From an uncultured Bacilli bacterium (GTDB lineage Bacteria; Bacillota_I; Bacilli_A; RF39; UBA660): a DNA stretch of 64,000 bases. A model generated the notes under the pieces. The model searched no databases, was not told the origin of the DNA, and saw only the letters and a program-made list of their open reading frames with translations. The translations under genes and the position numbers were made by a program. The DNA is taken from NCBI GenBank assembly GCA_934101575.1, contig CAKORJ010000001.1:402994-466993 (forward strand). The letters run 5' to 3'. Below, in pieces: positions 49,075 to 60,391 of this stretch (its first letter is position 1; each line of letters starts with the position of its first letter).

Positions 49075-51258
49075 CTAATTATTAATACTTGATATTATTA
49101 GATCTTTTAATAAGGTTTTTCTATTTTCATCTTTATCAGTACTTATTGCTTTTTTTAGAGCTGATTCTTCTCCTAAAACTATTAGTTTTTCTTTAGCTCT
49201 TGTTATGGCTGTATAAATTATTTTTCTATATAACATAAAATTATAACTATTTAGAACTGGTAATATTACTATTTTAAATTCACTTCCTTGAGATTTATGA
49301 ATACTTATTGTGTATCCTAGTTTAAAATTTTCAAAAGTAGATGTGTTATAGTTTACTAAGTTATTGTCAAAGTCACATATTATTTCTTTTTTATTTTGTT
49401 TTGTTACTTTTATTATTTCTCCTATATCTCCATTAAAGACATTATCATCTATACTGTTTACTAATTGTATTACTTTGTCCCCTTCTCTATATATTGTTCC
49501 ATTATATAATAACTCGTTTTTTTTATTTTGTTTTTTATTTAATAGATCTTGCATATAGATATTTAGAGAATCTATACCATTTTCTCCTTTATACATCGGT
49601 GCTAGTACTTGAATATCATATATTGATAGATCTTTATACGTAAGGGCAAACTCTTGAAGTTTTTCTTTTAGATTGGTACTATTACAACTTACAAATGTTA
49701 AGTCTTCACTTTCATTGAATAGACTCATATCTAACTTTCCTTCTATTATATCATGTGCTAGGAAGTTTATATTTGAATTACTTGCTTGTCTATAAAGCTT
49801 TTTTAGATAGGTTACAGGAAGGCAATCACTTTCTATTAAATCTTTTAGTACTTGTCCTGCTCCTACAGATGGCAACTGGTTATAATCTCCTATCATAATT
49901 ATTTTGCAGTTTGCTTTAAGACCTAGTAATAAATTATAGAATAAATCATTATCTAACATACTTGCTTCATCTATTATTACTAGTTTAGCATCACTTTTAT
50001 TTTCTTCATTTATTAAGAAGGTATTTTCTTCTTTTTGCCATTTTAAAAATCTATGTATTGTATAACTAGGGAGTCCTGATTCCATACTCATTCTTTTACT
50101 TGCTCTTCCGGTTGGTGCTAATAGAACTAAACTTTCTAATAGATCTTTTCTGGATAAGTTATTTATTATTTTATAAAGGCTTGTTATGGCTTTTATGACT
50201 TTTGTTTTACCTGTCCCTGGTCCTCCGGTTATTATTGAAAAGTTACTGTTGAAGGAGGTTTCTATTGCTTGTTTTTGTTCTTTGTTAAAGATACATCCTA
50301 GTTTTTCTTCTATGTTACTTATTTCTTCTTCATAACTTATATTACTATATTCTCTTGATAGGACTGTTAGTCTTTTTGCTATATAAACTTCACTGTTATA
50401 ACTTTCCATTAGTATATATTTATTTCCATCTATTATTATTTTTCCTAGGTTTACTAATTTACTTAATCCTTTTATTATTGTGTTTTCATCTATATTTAGG
50501 ACTTTTTTTGAATAGTTTGTTAGTTCTTCATAACTTGTATAAGTATTTCCTGTTGCAAAGCTTAGGTTTTCTAGGACATATATTATTCCGTATGATACTC
50601 TATCGATATCTTCTTTTTCTATTTTTAGATTTGTTCTTAGTTTTTCTATTTTAGGAAAGGTTATTTCTTTTATTTCTTCAATCATTTGATAAGGACTTGT
50701 TAATACTGTATCTAGATTATTTCCATAATATTTTTCTATTTTTAGGGCGTCTTTCATAGAAAAGCCTATTTTTGTTAGGTTTAACATTTTATCATAACTT
50801 GTTTTATATTCTAATAAGCTGTTATATATTGTTTCTTGTTGTTTTTTTGTTACTGTTGGTACTTCTAGTAATAGATCTTTGTTTTCTAGTATTAGTGTTA
50901 GGCAATTAAGTCCTAAGTGATCTACTATTTTGCTTGCTTTTTTTTCTCCTATTCCTTTAAATATTTCACTTGATAAAAAATCTATTATATGATCTTTATC
51001 TTCTGGTAACACTATTTCATAGGAGGTTACGTTAAACTGATTTCCATATTTGTCATGGTTTACTATGTTTCCGTTTAATAGATAGATATCTGTCTCATTT
51101 AAATCATCAAAGTATCCTGTAAATGTTATTGTATTTGTGTTTATACTTAAATCTGTTTCTTTTATTTTTATGAGTCCTACTGTGTAACCTTTTTCTGATT
51201 TATATATATATTTTCTAAAATTGCCTTTTATATATGACATATGCATTCCTCCGAACAT
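49075..51258 (-). CDS. recD2: RecD2-like ATP-dependent DNA helicase
   Basis: GGPGTGKT Walker A, DEASML Walker B, and an SH3-like C-terminus. About 720 aa. Confidence 0.8.
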   Translation of the reverse strand: MFGGMHMSYIKGNFRKYIYKSEKGYTVGLIKIKETDLSINTNTITFTGYFDDLNETDIYLLNGNIVNHDKYGNQFNVTSYEIVLPEDKDHIIDFLSSEIFKGIGEKKASKIVDHLGLNCLTLILENKDLLLEVPTVTKKQQETIYNSLLEYKTSYDKMLNLTKIGFSMKDALKIEKYYGNNLDTVLTSPYQMIEEIKEITFPKIEKLRTNLKIEKEDIDRVSYGIIYVLENLSFATGNTYTSYEELTNYSKKVLNIDENTIIKGLSKLVNLGKIIIDGNKYILMESYNSEVYIAKRLTVLSREYSNISYEEEISNIEEKLGCIFNKEQKQAIETSFNSNFSIITGGPGTGKTKVIKAITSLYKIINNLSRKDLLESLVLLAPTGRASKRMSMESGLPSYTIHRFLKWQKEENTFLINEENKSDAKLVIIDEASMLDNDLFYNLLLGLKANCKIIMIGDYNQLPSVGAGQVLKDLIESDCLPVTYLKKLYRQASNSNINFLAHDIIEGKLDMSLFNESEDLTFVSCNSTNLKEKLQEFALTYKDLSIYDIQVLAPMYKGENGIDSLNIYMQDLLNKKQNKKNELLYNGTIYREGDKVIQLVNSIDDNVFNGDIGEIIKVTKQNKKEIICDFDNNLVNYNTSTFENFKLGYTISIHKSQGSEFKIVILPVLNSYNFMLYRKIIYTAITRAKEKLIVLGEESALKKAISTDKDENRKTLLKDLIISSINN

Positions 51259-51357
51259 TTATTTTATTATAACATATTAGTGTCTATTTTTGTGGATGTG
51301 TTTTGTTTTACTTGTTTTATATTTTTTCTTTTGTTATAATTTTTAGAGGTGATGTAG

Positions 51358-52977
51358 ATGAAGAAAGATTCTTTTTTGAAAGGTACATTAATAGCTTCTA
51401 TTGCTATTATTATTACTAAGATACTTGGTATACTGTACGTTATTCCTTTTTATAAGATAATTGGGGAAAATGGTGGGGTTTTATATTCTTATGCTTATAA
51501 TATTTATAATTTGTTTTTAAATATTTCTACGGCTGGTATACCTATTGCTATTAGTATGATTATTAGTGAATATGTTACTTTAGGAAAACTTGATGCTAAG
51601 GAAAGGACTTTTTCTGTTGGTAGGAAAATTATTCTTACTTTCTCTATTATTTCCTTTTTAGTAGTATTTATATTCTCTGATTATTTAGCTATGTTTTTGG
51701 TTAATGGTGTTGAAGGAGCTAATCCTATTAAAGATATTAGTTTAGTTATTAAAGCTATTTCTATTTCTCTTATTATTACTCCTTATATTAGTGTATTACG
51801 TGGTTATTTACAAGGACATAAGTTTATTGCTCCTGGTTCTATTAGTCAGGTTTGGGAACAAGTTATTAGAATTGCTATTATTTTAATTGGTTCTTATCTT
51901 TCAATTAATGTATTTCATAGCAGTATTCCTGTTGGGGTTGCTGTTGCTCTTACTGGGGCATTTTTTGGAGCACTTGGGGCATATATTTATTTAAAGGCTA
52001 AAGTTAATAAGAATAAAGATTTATTTGAAGTTGATGATAAAAAAGATGCTATTAGTAATAAGTCTTTAGGTAAGAAGATAGTATTTTATTGTATTCCTCT
52101 TATAATTATTTCTATTACTAATGATTTATATACTATTGTTGATATGAAACTTATTATTAAGGGTCTTTATATGATTGGTTTCTCAGCAGAGAAATGTGAG
52201 CTTATTTCTTCTATTGTTTGTACTTGGGCTCCTAAGATATGTATGATTATTTCTGCTATTTCTATGGGACTTATTACTAGTTTAATTCCTCATATTATTG
52301 AAAGTTATACTAAAAAAGATTATAAATCTTCGAACTCTATTTTTAATCAAGCTATTAGTACTATAGTTGTAGTTGCTCTTCCTCTTACTGTAGGGATTAT
52401 GATTTTATCTAGTGAAGTATATCATGTCTTTTATGGAAGTAGTATTTATGGTCCTAAGATTTTAGCTATATCTGCAATTGTATCTATTATTCTTAGTACT
52501 TTATCTGTTATGAATACTGCTCTTCAAGGTTTTAAAAAGTTTAAACTTGTTATTATTAGTACTTTAATTGGTCTTGTTTTAAATGCTTTACTTGATATTC
52601 CTATGATACTTCTTTTAGATAAACTTAATCTTACTCCTTATTTTGGTACTTCTATTGCTACTATTATAGGAGGACTTACTTCTATGACTATTATTCTTGT
52701 TTATCTAAAGAAGGAACTTAATTTTGAATATTTTCCTATTATAAAGTCTATTTCTAAAGCTATTATTCCTTTAATGGTTATGACTTTAGTAGTATTCGGT
52801 ATAAGTTTTATCGTTGGAAAACCTAGTAGTATGATTTTAATTATTGTTAAGATTGGTATTATTGGTATTATTGGTATGATTATATATCTATTCTTACTTT
52901 ATAAGAATGGAGGATTGTATTTAATATTTGGAAAAGAGCAAATTGATTCTATATTAAAAAGGATTCATCTTAAATGA
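51358..52977 (+). CDS. MOP-superfamily flippase (SpoVB/MurJ-like polysaccharide biosynthesis protein)
   Basis: 539 aa with about 14 TM helices. Confidence 0.6.
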   Translation: MKKDSFLKGTLIASIAIIITKILGILYVIPFYKIIGENGGVLYSYAYNIYNLFLNISTAGIPIAISMIISEYVTLGKLDAKERTFSVGRKIILTFSIISFLVVFIFSDYLAMFLVNGVEGANPIKDISLVIKAISISLIITPYISVLRGYLQGHKFIAPGSISQVWEQVIRIAIILIGSYLSINVFHSSIPVGVAVALTGAFFGALGAYIYLKAKVNKNKDLFEVDDKKDAISNKSLGKKIVFYCIPLIIISITNDLYTIVDMKLIIKGLYMIGFSAEKCELISSIVCTWAPKICMIISAISMGLITSLIPHIIESYTKKDYKSSNSIFNQAISTIVVVALPLTVGIMILSSEVYHVFYGSSIYGPKILAISAIVSIILSTLSVMNTALQGFKKFKLVIISTLIGLVLNALLDIPMILLLDKLNLTPYFGTSIATIIGGLTSMTIILVYLKKELNFEYFPIIKSISKAIIPLMVMTLVVFGISFIVGKPSSMILIIVKIGIIGIIGMIIYLFLLYKNGGLYLIFGKEQIDSILKRIHLK

Positions 52978-52983
52978 TGAGTC

Positions 52984-53979
52984 CTAATTTTTTTGTTTTG
53001 TTTTACTATTTTGATAGATTGATACTAGTTCTGTGAAGGCTTCTTTTTCTAGTTTTTCTTTTAATATTTTGGCTATTTCGTCTTTATCTTCTCTTGTATA
53101 TGATAAGTGCATATCATTTTCTATTGTTACACAGTCATCACATATTTTTGCTAGTTTGTCTATTTGTTCTTTTTTATATTTCTTTTTAAAGCTAGTTATT
53201 TCTCCGGACATTTCAAAACTATTTATTTCTCTTTTTAGTTTATATTTTTCTTTTAGGATAAGTGCGATCATGTAAAGAGATTCATAGTCATAACACTTAT
53301 ATTTATCATTTAGAACCATGGATACTATTTGTTCTGTATCTAAAATAGTAAACCCTTCTTCTAGAGCTTTGCCAAAGTCATTTACTAATTCTAGTGATAG
53401 GTTTTCTCCATAAATTATTTTTCTTTCTTCATAGGAAATACCACTGCGGATTGTTACTTTGTTTTCATGAACCATTATTTCGTCTTTATAGCTTTTTACT
53501 AGATGACAAAGTGCATGGGTTAGTACTTCTATTCCTTTGGGAGAATCGTAATTAAATGTATGACTTGTTACTATTATTCTATCTATTTCATCTATTTCAT
53601 AAGAGTTTATTTCTTCGTTATAAGAAAGTTTAATATTTGGAGTGTAAACACATTCTCCTTTTTTTTGGTCTATATCGTATAGGTTTTCTCCGACTAGAGG
53701 GGTTAGTTTTTTTTCATTTATTACTTTAGATATGGTTTGTTTAGAACTACAAGCTATTATTTCTGTATTTAAAATTGCTTCTAGAATTATATATTTATAC
53801 TCATGTCCATAGTAATCTATTAAACAGGGAATTATTTTTTCTATTGCTTTTATTACTTTGTCATCATAGTTGTATTTTTCTTTTAATTTAACAAAATATG
53901 TGTTTTCTAACATCTTAACCACCCTATCTTTATAAACATTATACAACATTTTTTGACAAGTTCTCAATAAAAGTAGCAA
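52984..53979 (-). CDS. hypothetical protein
   Basis: 331 aa soluble protein with no recognisable motif. Confidence 0.35.
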   Translation of the reverse strand: MLLLLRTCQKMLYNVYKDRVVKMLENTYFVKLKEKYNYDDKVIKAIEKIIPCLIDYYGHEYKYIILEAILNTEIIACSSKQTISKVINEKKLTPLVGENLYDIDQKKGECVYTPNIKLSYNEEINSYEIDEIDRIIVTSHTFNYDSPKGIEVLTHALCHLVKSYKDEIMVHENKVTIRSGISYEERKIIYGENLSLELVNDFGKALEEGFTILDTEQIVSMVLNDKYKCYDYESLYMIALILKEKYKLKREINSFEMSGEITSFKKKYKKEQIDKLAKICDDCVTIENDMHLSYTREDKDEIAKILKEKLEKEAFTELVSIYQNSKTKQKN

Positions 53980-54037
53980 AAATATTTAAAATTTGTTATA
54001 CTTATTTGGTAATGATAGAAGTAAAGGGTGTTGAACA

Positions 54038-55246
54038 ATGAAAAGACTTAATTGGTTATTTATTTTTGTAATAGTTATTTTTATGACTACAGGGGTTAAT
54101 GTTTTTGCGGATAGTATTAAAATTAATTCTTCTAATGCAGTACTTTATAATGTTAATGATGATATTATGTTATATCAGAAAAACAAAGATGAAAAAGTTA
54201 GTATTGCTTCTCTTACTAAGATGATGACTGCGATTGTGGCTATTGAAAACATTGATGATTTATCTAAGAAGGTTTCTTTTGAAAAAAGTGATTATGACAA
54301 ACTTATAAGTATGAATGCTTCGGGTTCTTCTTTAGATGTTAAAAAGAAATATACTTACGAGGATCTTCTTTATGGACTTCTTCTTGAAAGTGGCGCGGAC
54401 TGCGCTAATGCTCTTGCTAGACTGATTTCAGGAAATGAGAAGGCTTTTGTAAAGCTTATGAATGAGAAAGCTAAAGAGCTTGGTATGAATAGTACTAGTT
54501 TTGCTAATCCTATTGGTATGGATGATAAGAATAACTACTCTACTATGGAAGATCTTGCTATTTTATTTAAATCTGGTCTTAAGAATCCTACTTTTAAGAA
54601 GATTATTACTTCTAAAGAATATAAAGCTAGTGATGGAACTAAATTAAAACATACTATTATCTATTATGAAAAACTTAATAAAATGAATGATATTACTTAT
54701 ATACTTGGTGGTAAGACTGGTTATGAAACTGATGCTGGTTATGCTCTTGCTACTATTGCTTATAAAAATGGTGCTCTTCTTATGTTTATTACATCTGGAG
54801 CATCTAATAAAGGCGATCATTTAAAGGATGCTAAAAAGGTTTATGATTATTATTTTAATAATTATAGCTATCAAAATGTTGTTAATAAAGGTGATTTGAT
54901 TACTACTTTAAATGGTGAATATTTAAGTAAGAGTTCTATTGAGATAACTGCGGATTCTGATGTTAAATATTATCTTAAAAACAATTATAATGTTGAAGAT
55001 ATAAAACTTGTATATAGAGGTATTGATAGTGTTAGTTTAAAAAATAAATATAAGGATAAGATTGGTACTTTAAATATTTATTATAAAGATAAGGTTATTA
55101 AAACTATGCCTGTTTATTTGAATCAAAAGATATATCCAGATTTTAAACTTATTATTTTAGCAGTTATTGTATATATATTTATTATTGGATGTGGTATTAT
55201 TATTGCTGATAGATTAAGACATAAAAGATTAATTGATCAACTTTAA
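54038..55246 (+). CDS. D-alanyl-D-alanine carboxypeptidase (S11 peptidase, DacB/DacF-like)
   Basis: Signal peptide, SxxK motif SIASLTKMM, and a C-terminal TM anchor. Confidence 0.75.
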   Translation: MKRLNWLFIFVIVIFMTTGVNVFADSIKINSSNAVLYNVNDDIMLYQKNKDEKVSIASLTKMMTAIVAIENIDDLSKKVSFEKSDYDKLISMNASGSSLDVKKKYTYEDLLYGLLLESGADCANALARLISGNEKAFVKLMNEKAKELGMNSTSFANPIGMDDKNNYSTMEDLAILFKSGLKNPTFKKIITSKEYKASDGTKLKHTIIYYEKLNKMNDITYILGGKTGYETDAGYALATIAYKNGALLMFITSGASNKGDHLKDAKKVYDYYFNNYSYQNVVNKGDLITTLNGEYLSKSSIEITADSDVKYYLKNNYNVEDIKLVYRGIDSVSLKNKYKDKIGTLNIYYKDKVIKTMPVYLNQKIYPDFKLIILAVIVYIFIIGCGIIIADRLRHKRLIDQL

Positions 55247-55254
55247 GACATTTT

Positions 55255-55277
55255 AAAAGAGCTTTAAAGCTCTTTTT
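55255..55277. terminator. bidirectional terminator between dac and rpe
   Basis: aaaagagc-tttaaa-gctctttt hairpin with flanking A and T runs. Confidence 0.5.
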
Positions 55278-55278
55278 G

Positions 55279-55902
55279 TTATATATTTTTTATTTTATCT
55301 ATATTATTTAAATCATTTAGTATATATGAGGCACTTACTATTATGTCGGCATCTTTTACTTTGTCTAAGGTGTTTTCGTTTATTCCTCCATCTACACTGA
55401 TGATAAAAGAAAGGTTTTCTTGTTTTCTTATCTCTTTTAATTTTTTTATTTTAGTACTTGTGCTTTCTATAAATTCTTGTCCACTTTTTCCTGGGTGTAC
55501 TCCCATTACTAGTACTAGTGCTACCTGTTTTAGGTCTTTTGTTATATCTTCTATATTTGTTTCCGGATTTATTGCAAGACCTGGTTTTATACCATAGCTT
55601 TTTATTAGATCTAACATATCTTTATAATCTGGTATTTCTCTATGAATTGTTATATTGTTTACATTATATAATGAGGCAGCATCTATATATTTTTTTGGGT
55701 TTTTTACCATTAGATGTATATCATTTTTTTTAGTTGATAGAGTTAAGTATTTTTCTAATTCTTTTATACTTAGGTTTTTATTTTTAACGAATACTCCGTC
55801 CATTACATCATAATGAATATAGTCTGTGTTTGTTTTATTTAACATTTCTATATAGTTTTTATAATTTCCTTCTTTTAAAAAGGAGGTTGATACTTCTTTC
55901 AT
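55279..55902 (-). CDS. rpe: ribulose-phosphate 3-epimerase
   Basis: HYDVMDG and VMGVHPGKSGQ motifs. 207 aa. Confidence 0.85.
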   Translation of the reverse strand: MKEVSTSFLKEGNYKNYIEMLNKTNTDYIHYDVMDGVFVKNKNLSIKELEKYLTLSTKKNDIHLMVKNPKKYIDAASLYNVNNITIHREIPDYKDMLDLIKSYGIKPGLAINPETNIEDITKDLKQVALVLVMGVHPGKSGQEFIESTSTKIKKLKEIRKQENLSFIISVDGGINENTLDKVKDADIIVSASYILNDLNNIDKIKNI

Positions 55903-55904
55903 CT

Positions 55905-56729
55905 CTACCTCTTTTCTATAAACTTTTTATAATTTTCATATCTTGTTTTTAATATTTTATTTCCTATTTGTTTTTTTATAGTGCATTCTTTTTCATTTAT
56001 GTGCATGCAGTTTTTATAACTACATTTGTTGTGGTTAAACTCGGGAAAGGCTTTTTTTATTTGATCATCACTATATAGAGAAAGATCAAGTGCTGAGAAA
56101 CCTGGGGTATCTAGTACTTTACCTTTTCCTATATTTACTAATGTTACATATCTTGTTGTATGTTTTCCTCTTCCTAAGGCTTTTGATATTTCATTTGTTT
56201 CAAAGTTTAGACTTTTGTCTAGTTTATTTAATAAGGTTGATTTTCCTGCGCCTGTTTGACCAGTAAAGACTGTTGTTTTGTTTTTGAACATTTTTTTTAT
56301 TTTGGATATTTCTTTATTGTATACTACTTTATAACCTAGACTTTTATAATATTTTATTATTTGTTTTAAGTCTTTCCATTCTTGTTTTGTTAATAGATCT
56401 TTTTTTGTTAGACATATTATTGGTTCTATTTCATTTATTTCGCATATTACTAATAATTTGTCTAAGAGATTAGTACTAAAGTCGGGGCTTTTTAGACTTG
56501 TTATTATGAATGATACATCTATGTTACTTACACTTGGTCTTTCTAGTTCATTCTTTCTTGGAAGGATTTTTTCTATTATTTTTTCTTCTTTGTTAAATAT
56601 ACAGTAGTCTCCGACTTTAGGTGTTTTGTTTTCTTGTCTTAATTTTCCTCTTGCTTTACATATATATTCTTTGTTTTGATATGATACAAAGTAATCATTG
56701 CTTATTATTTTTATTATTTGACCTTTCAT
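55905..56729 (-). CDS. rsgA: ribosome small-subunit-dependent GTPase A (RsgA/CpgA)
   Basis: GQTGAGKSTLLN and a C-terminal zinc cluster CxxC...H..C. Confidence 0.85.
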   Translation of the reverse strand: MKGQIIKIISNDYFVSYQNKEYICKARGKLRQENKTPKVGDYCIFNKEEKIIEKILPRKNELERPSVSNIDVSFIITSLKSPDFSTNLLDKLLVICEINEIEPIICLTKKDLLTKQEWKDLKQIIKYYKSLGYKVVYNKEISKIKKMFKNKTTVFTGQTGAGKSTLLNKLDKSLNFETNEISKALGRGKHTTRYVTLVNIGKGKVLDTPGFSALDLSLYSDDQIKKAFPEFNHNKCSYKNCMHINEKECTIKKQIGNKILKTRYENYKKFIEKR

Positions 56730-56737
56730 TTGTACCT

Positions 56738-58519
56738 CTATTGTTCTTTTGTTTTGTCATCTGTTTGGGTTGATTGATTGTTTTTATTTTGATTATTTGT
56801 TGTTTGATTGTTGTTATTATTTTTATTTGATGTAGTGTTATCTTTTGTTTCTTCTTTAGCTTTTGCTACTGTTATAGTTAGTTTTCCTCCACTTACTAGG
56901 ACATCATTTGATGATTTTGATTGTTTCATTACTGTGTCTTCATCATATTTACTTGTTTCTTCATATTTTACTGTTAATTTTATATTGTTTTCATTTGCCC
57001 AAGATCTTGCTTCTCTAAGGGTCCAACTTTCTCCGACCATGTCTGGGTAGTATTTTACTATATTTGGAATATATAGAGTTATTTCTGAACCTTTATCTAC
57101 TTCTTTTCCTGGGTCTATTGATTGTCCTATTATGTTTTGAGTTTCATCATCACTTATTGAGGTTGTACTATCTTTTTTCTCTATGTTTACTTTTAATCCT
57201 TTTAGTTCTAATTGGGTTTCTATTTTTATATAGTTTTCTCCAGTATAATCTTCTATTTTTATTTTACTTATTCCTTTGGATACTGTTAGAGTTACTTCTG
57301 TCCCTTCTTTTACACTTTTTCCTATTTTTGGATCAGTTGATATTACTTTACCTTTATCTATTTTATCTGATGCCTCTTCGACTGTTTTAGCACTTACTGT
57401 AAGCTTTGATCTTTCTAGTTTTTTTGTTGCTTCATCTACTGTTAGATTAGAAACATCTGGTATTGTTACTTCTGGAACTTTTGTTATCATTGGTAGGATT
57501 AAAAGTGCGAATAGTGTTATTACTATTAGTCCTCCTAGTACTGAGGCTAGAATTATTACTTTTTTGTTTTTTGGTTTTTTATCGTCTTTTATTTCTTTTA
57601 CTATTCCTTCATCTAGATTATCTTTATCTACTATTACTGGATCTTCGTCTATTCCTTCATCATATTTTAGAACTATTGGTGGTTCGTTTTCTCTTTCTTT
57701 ATTTAGTGCTGTCATTAAATCATCGTGCATTTCACTGGCATTTGCATATCTATTTTTAGGATTTTTTGCTGTTGCTTTGGTTATGATGTTTTCTATACTT
57801 TGAGGAAGTTCTGGTAGTTCTGTTCTTATTGAGGGAATTGGTTCTTTTAGATGTTTTAACGCTATTTCTACGGCATTGTCTCCTCTAAAAGGAAGCACTC
57901 CTGTTAGTAATTCATACATCATTATTCCTAATGAATATACATCACTTTTTAAGGTTGAACCTTTACCATTTGCTTGTTCTGGTGGGAAGTAATGTACTGA
58001 TCCCATGGCTGAATTTGTTTGAGTTAATTGGGTAGCATTAAGAGCCATTGCTATACCAAAATCTGTTATTTTTATTTCTCCGTCATCTTTTATTAAAATA
58101 TTTTGTGGTTTTAAATCTCTGTGAATTATAAGGCTATCGTGTGCTACTCCCATGGCACTTGTTATTTGAAGCATTATGTCTACAACTTCTGCAGCTGTTA
58201 GTTTTTCTCTTTTCTTTAAGAGTTGTTTTAGGTTTTTTCCTTCGACATATTCCATGACTATATAATAGTCTCCATCGTCTTCTCCTACATCATATATTTC
58301 TACTATGTTAGGATGAGAAAGAGATGATGCTGATAAAGCTTCTCTTTGGAAACGTCTTACGAATTTTTCATCTGTTGCTAGGTCTCCTCTTAATACTTTT
58401 ATTGCTACATTTCTATCTAAAATTGTATCTCTTGCTAGATAAACGTTGGCCATTCCACCTTCGCCTATTGTTTTTATTATTTCGTACCTTGAATTAACTT
58501 TTTGCCCTTTTACTATCAT
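56738..58519 (-). CDS. prkC: Ser/Thr protein kinase PrkC with three PASTA domains
   Basis: Hanks kinase motifs (VAIK, HRDLKPQN, DFGIA), a TM, PASTA repeats and an N/Q-rich C-terminal tail. Confidence 0.9.
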   Translation of the reverse strand: MIVKGQKVNSRYEIIKTIGEGGMANVYLARDTILDRNVAIKVLRGDLATDEKFVRRFQREALSASSLSHPNIVEIYDVGEDDGDYYIVMEYVEGKNLKQLLKKREKLTAAEVVDIMLQITSAMGVAHDSLIIHRDLKPQNILIKDDGEIKITDFGIAMALNATQLTQTNSAMGSVHYFPPEQANGKGSTLKSDVYSLGIMMYELLTGVLPFRGDNAVEIALKHLKEPIPSIRTELPELPQSIENIITKATAKNPKNRYANASEMHDDLMTALNKERENEPPIVLKYDEGIDEDPVIVDKDNLDEGIVKEIKDDKKPKNKKVIILASVLGGLIVITLFALLILPMITKVPEVTIPDVSNLTVDEATKKLERSKLTVSAKTVEEASDKIDKGKVISTDPKIGKSVKEGTEVTLTVSKGISKIKIEDYTGENYIKIETQLELKGLKVNIEKKDSTTSISDDETQNIIGQSIDPGKEVDKGSEITLYIPNIVKYYPDMVGESWTLREARSWANENNIKLTVKYEETSKYDEDTVMKQSKSSNDVLVSGGKLTITVAKAKEETKDNTTSNKNNNNNQTTNNQNKNNQSTQTDDKTKEQ

Positions 58520-59265
58520 AGAGAATCACTCTCCTCTTTATTCTTGATTAAATATGCAACTGATATGTTATCATTGCCTCCCCTGTTATTTGCTTTTTTT
58601 ATTAATTTTACTACTTTTTCTTCGATTGTTAAATCTTCTAATAGAACTTTTTCTATTTGTTCTTCACTTAGCATTGTTGTAAGGCCATCTGAACATAAAA
58701 GGATTTCATCTACGTCCATACTACAATCAAATGCATCTACTTTTATTGGATCACTTATTCCTAAAGCATGCATTAAGATATTTCTTTTTGGATGATTTAT
58801 TGCTTCTTCTTTTGTTATTTCTCCTCGTTCTATTAAGCAGTTTACATATGTATGATCATATGTTACTTTTCTTAACTTTTTATCTTTCATTATAAATCCT
58901 GAGGAATCTCCTGTGTTACCAAATAGAATGTATTCTTTTGTGATTATTGCCATGACTAAGGTTGTACCCATTCCGGCACTTTCTGGATTTTCTTCTGTGT
59001 ATTTAAAAATTCTACTATTTATTTCGTCATAACAATCTTTTATCCATTCTACTGCGGATGCTTTTTTCATTTTAAAGAAGCTTTCTCTAAACCTAGCACT
59101 TAAACAACTTATAGCTATTGAAGAAGCAACTTCTCCTGCTCTATGACCTCCCATTCCATCTGCTACGGCCATTAGAATTGCATCATCACTGTTTTTTATT
59201 ATTATTACACTGTCTTCGTTATGATCTCTTACTATACCTGTATCTGTTAGATAAAACGTTTCCAT
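58516..59265 (-). CDS. prpC: PP2C-family Ser/Thr phosphatase (PrpC/Stp)
   Basis: DGMGGH and GGNDNIS motifs. Overlaps prkC by 4 nt. Confidence 0.85.
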   Translation of the reverse strand: METFYLTDTGIVRDHNEDSVIIIKNSDDAILMAVADGMGGHRAGEVASSIAISCLSARFRESFFKMKKASAVEWIKDCYDEINSRIFKYTEENPESAGMGTTLVMAIITKEYILFGNTGDSSGFIMKDKKLRKVTYDHTYVNCLIERGEITKEEAINHPKRNILMHALGISDPIKVDAFDCSMDVDEILLCSDGLTTMLSEEQIEKVLLEDLTIEEKVVKLIKKANNRGGNDNISVAYLIKNKEESDSL

Positions 59266-59266
59266 T

Positions 59267-60307
59267 TTATTCCTCCTTTTTTGATCTTAATTGACCACAT
59301 GCTGCGGATATTTTTGATCCGAACTCTCTTCTTACTGTTACATTTATTCCTTCTTTTTTTATTATATCATAAAACTCCATTATTTTATCATTTTTAGGTC
59401 TTTTGAAGGTTTTATTACTTCCTTCATTATAAGGAATCAAATTAATATAAGCATTCATTCCTTTTATTAGTTTTGATAAAGTTCTGGCATCTTCTTTTGA
59501 ATCATTTATGCCTTCTAGTAATATATATTCAAATGTTACTCTTCTTCCTGTTGTGTTTATGTAATCTTTTACTGCTTTCATCAAATCATTTAATTTGTAT
59601 ACTTTGTTTATTGGCATTAGTTTTGACCTTAGCTCATCAGTCGGTGCATGAAGACTTATTGCTAAGTTTACTTGATATGGAAGAGTCATAAATTCATATA
59701 TTTTAGGAACTATTCCACATGTTGATACTGTTATGTGACGTGATCCTATACAAAGTCCTTTATGATTGTTAGCATTATCTATAAAACTTACTAAATTGTC
59801 ATAGTTATCAAAAGGTTCTCCTATTCCCATTATTACTATGTGAGATATTCTTTTGTTTACTATCTTTTCTATTTCTATTATTTGAAGAAGCATTTCACTT
59901 GGAGTTAAGTTTCTTATCTTTTTTCTTCGACCACTTTCACAGAAAGCACATGACATATTACATCCTACTTGAGAAGATATACATAGACTTAATCCATAGT
60001 CATGGTACATTAAAACACTTTCTATATGCTCTCCATCAGAGAGTTTAAAAAGAAATTTACTTACATCTTTATCATGTTCTTCTTTTACTATTACTGGTCT
60101 TGTTAAACTAAAGTTTTCTTTTAAAGTAGAAATTAGATTTTTACTTAAATTAGTCATTTCATCAAAAGTTGTTACCCTCTTTTCATATAACCAGTAAAAA
60201 ACTTGAGAAGCACGATATTTCTTTTCTCCTAAATCTATAAAATAATTTTCTAATTGGTTTAAAGTCAAATCATATATATTCATAAAAATCACATTATAAT
60301 TATACAA
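59267..60307 (-). CDS. rlmN: 23S rRNA/tRNA m2A methyltransferase RlmN (radical SAM)
   Basis: CNMSCAFCESG radical-SAM cluster motif. 346 aa. Confidence 0.85.
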   Translation of the reverse strand: MYNYNVIFMNIYDLTLNQLENYFIDLGEKKYRASQVFYWLYEKRVTTFDEMTNLSKNLISTLKENFSLTRPVIVKEEHDKDVSKFLFKLSDGEHIESVLMYHDYGLSLCISSQVGCNMSCAFCESGRRKKIRNLTPSEMLLQIIEIEKIVNKRISHIVIMGIGEPFDNYDNLVSFIDNANNHKGLCIGSRHITVSTCGIVPKIYEFMTLPYQVNLAISLHAPTDELRSKLMPINKVYKLNDLMKAVKDYINTTGRRVTFEYILLEGINDSKEDARTLSKLIKGMNAYINLIPYNEGSNKTFKRPKNDKIMEFYDIIKKEGINVTVRREFGSKISAACGQLRSKKEE

Positions 60308-60391
60308 GAATTTATTAAAAAAAGATACTGTTTTATAAATATTTTGCCTAAGAGTAAAGTTTTTTTATAATATTTAGTCAGTTTAATTTAT

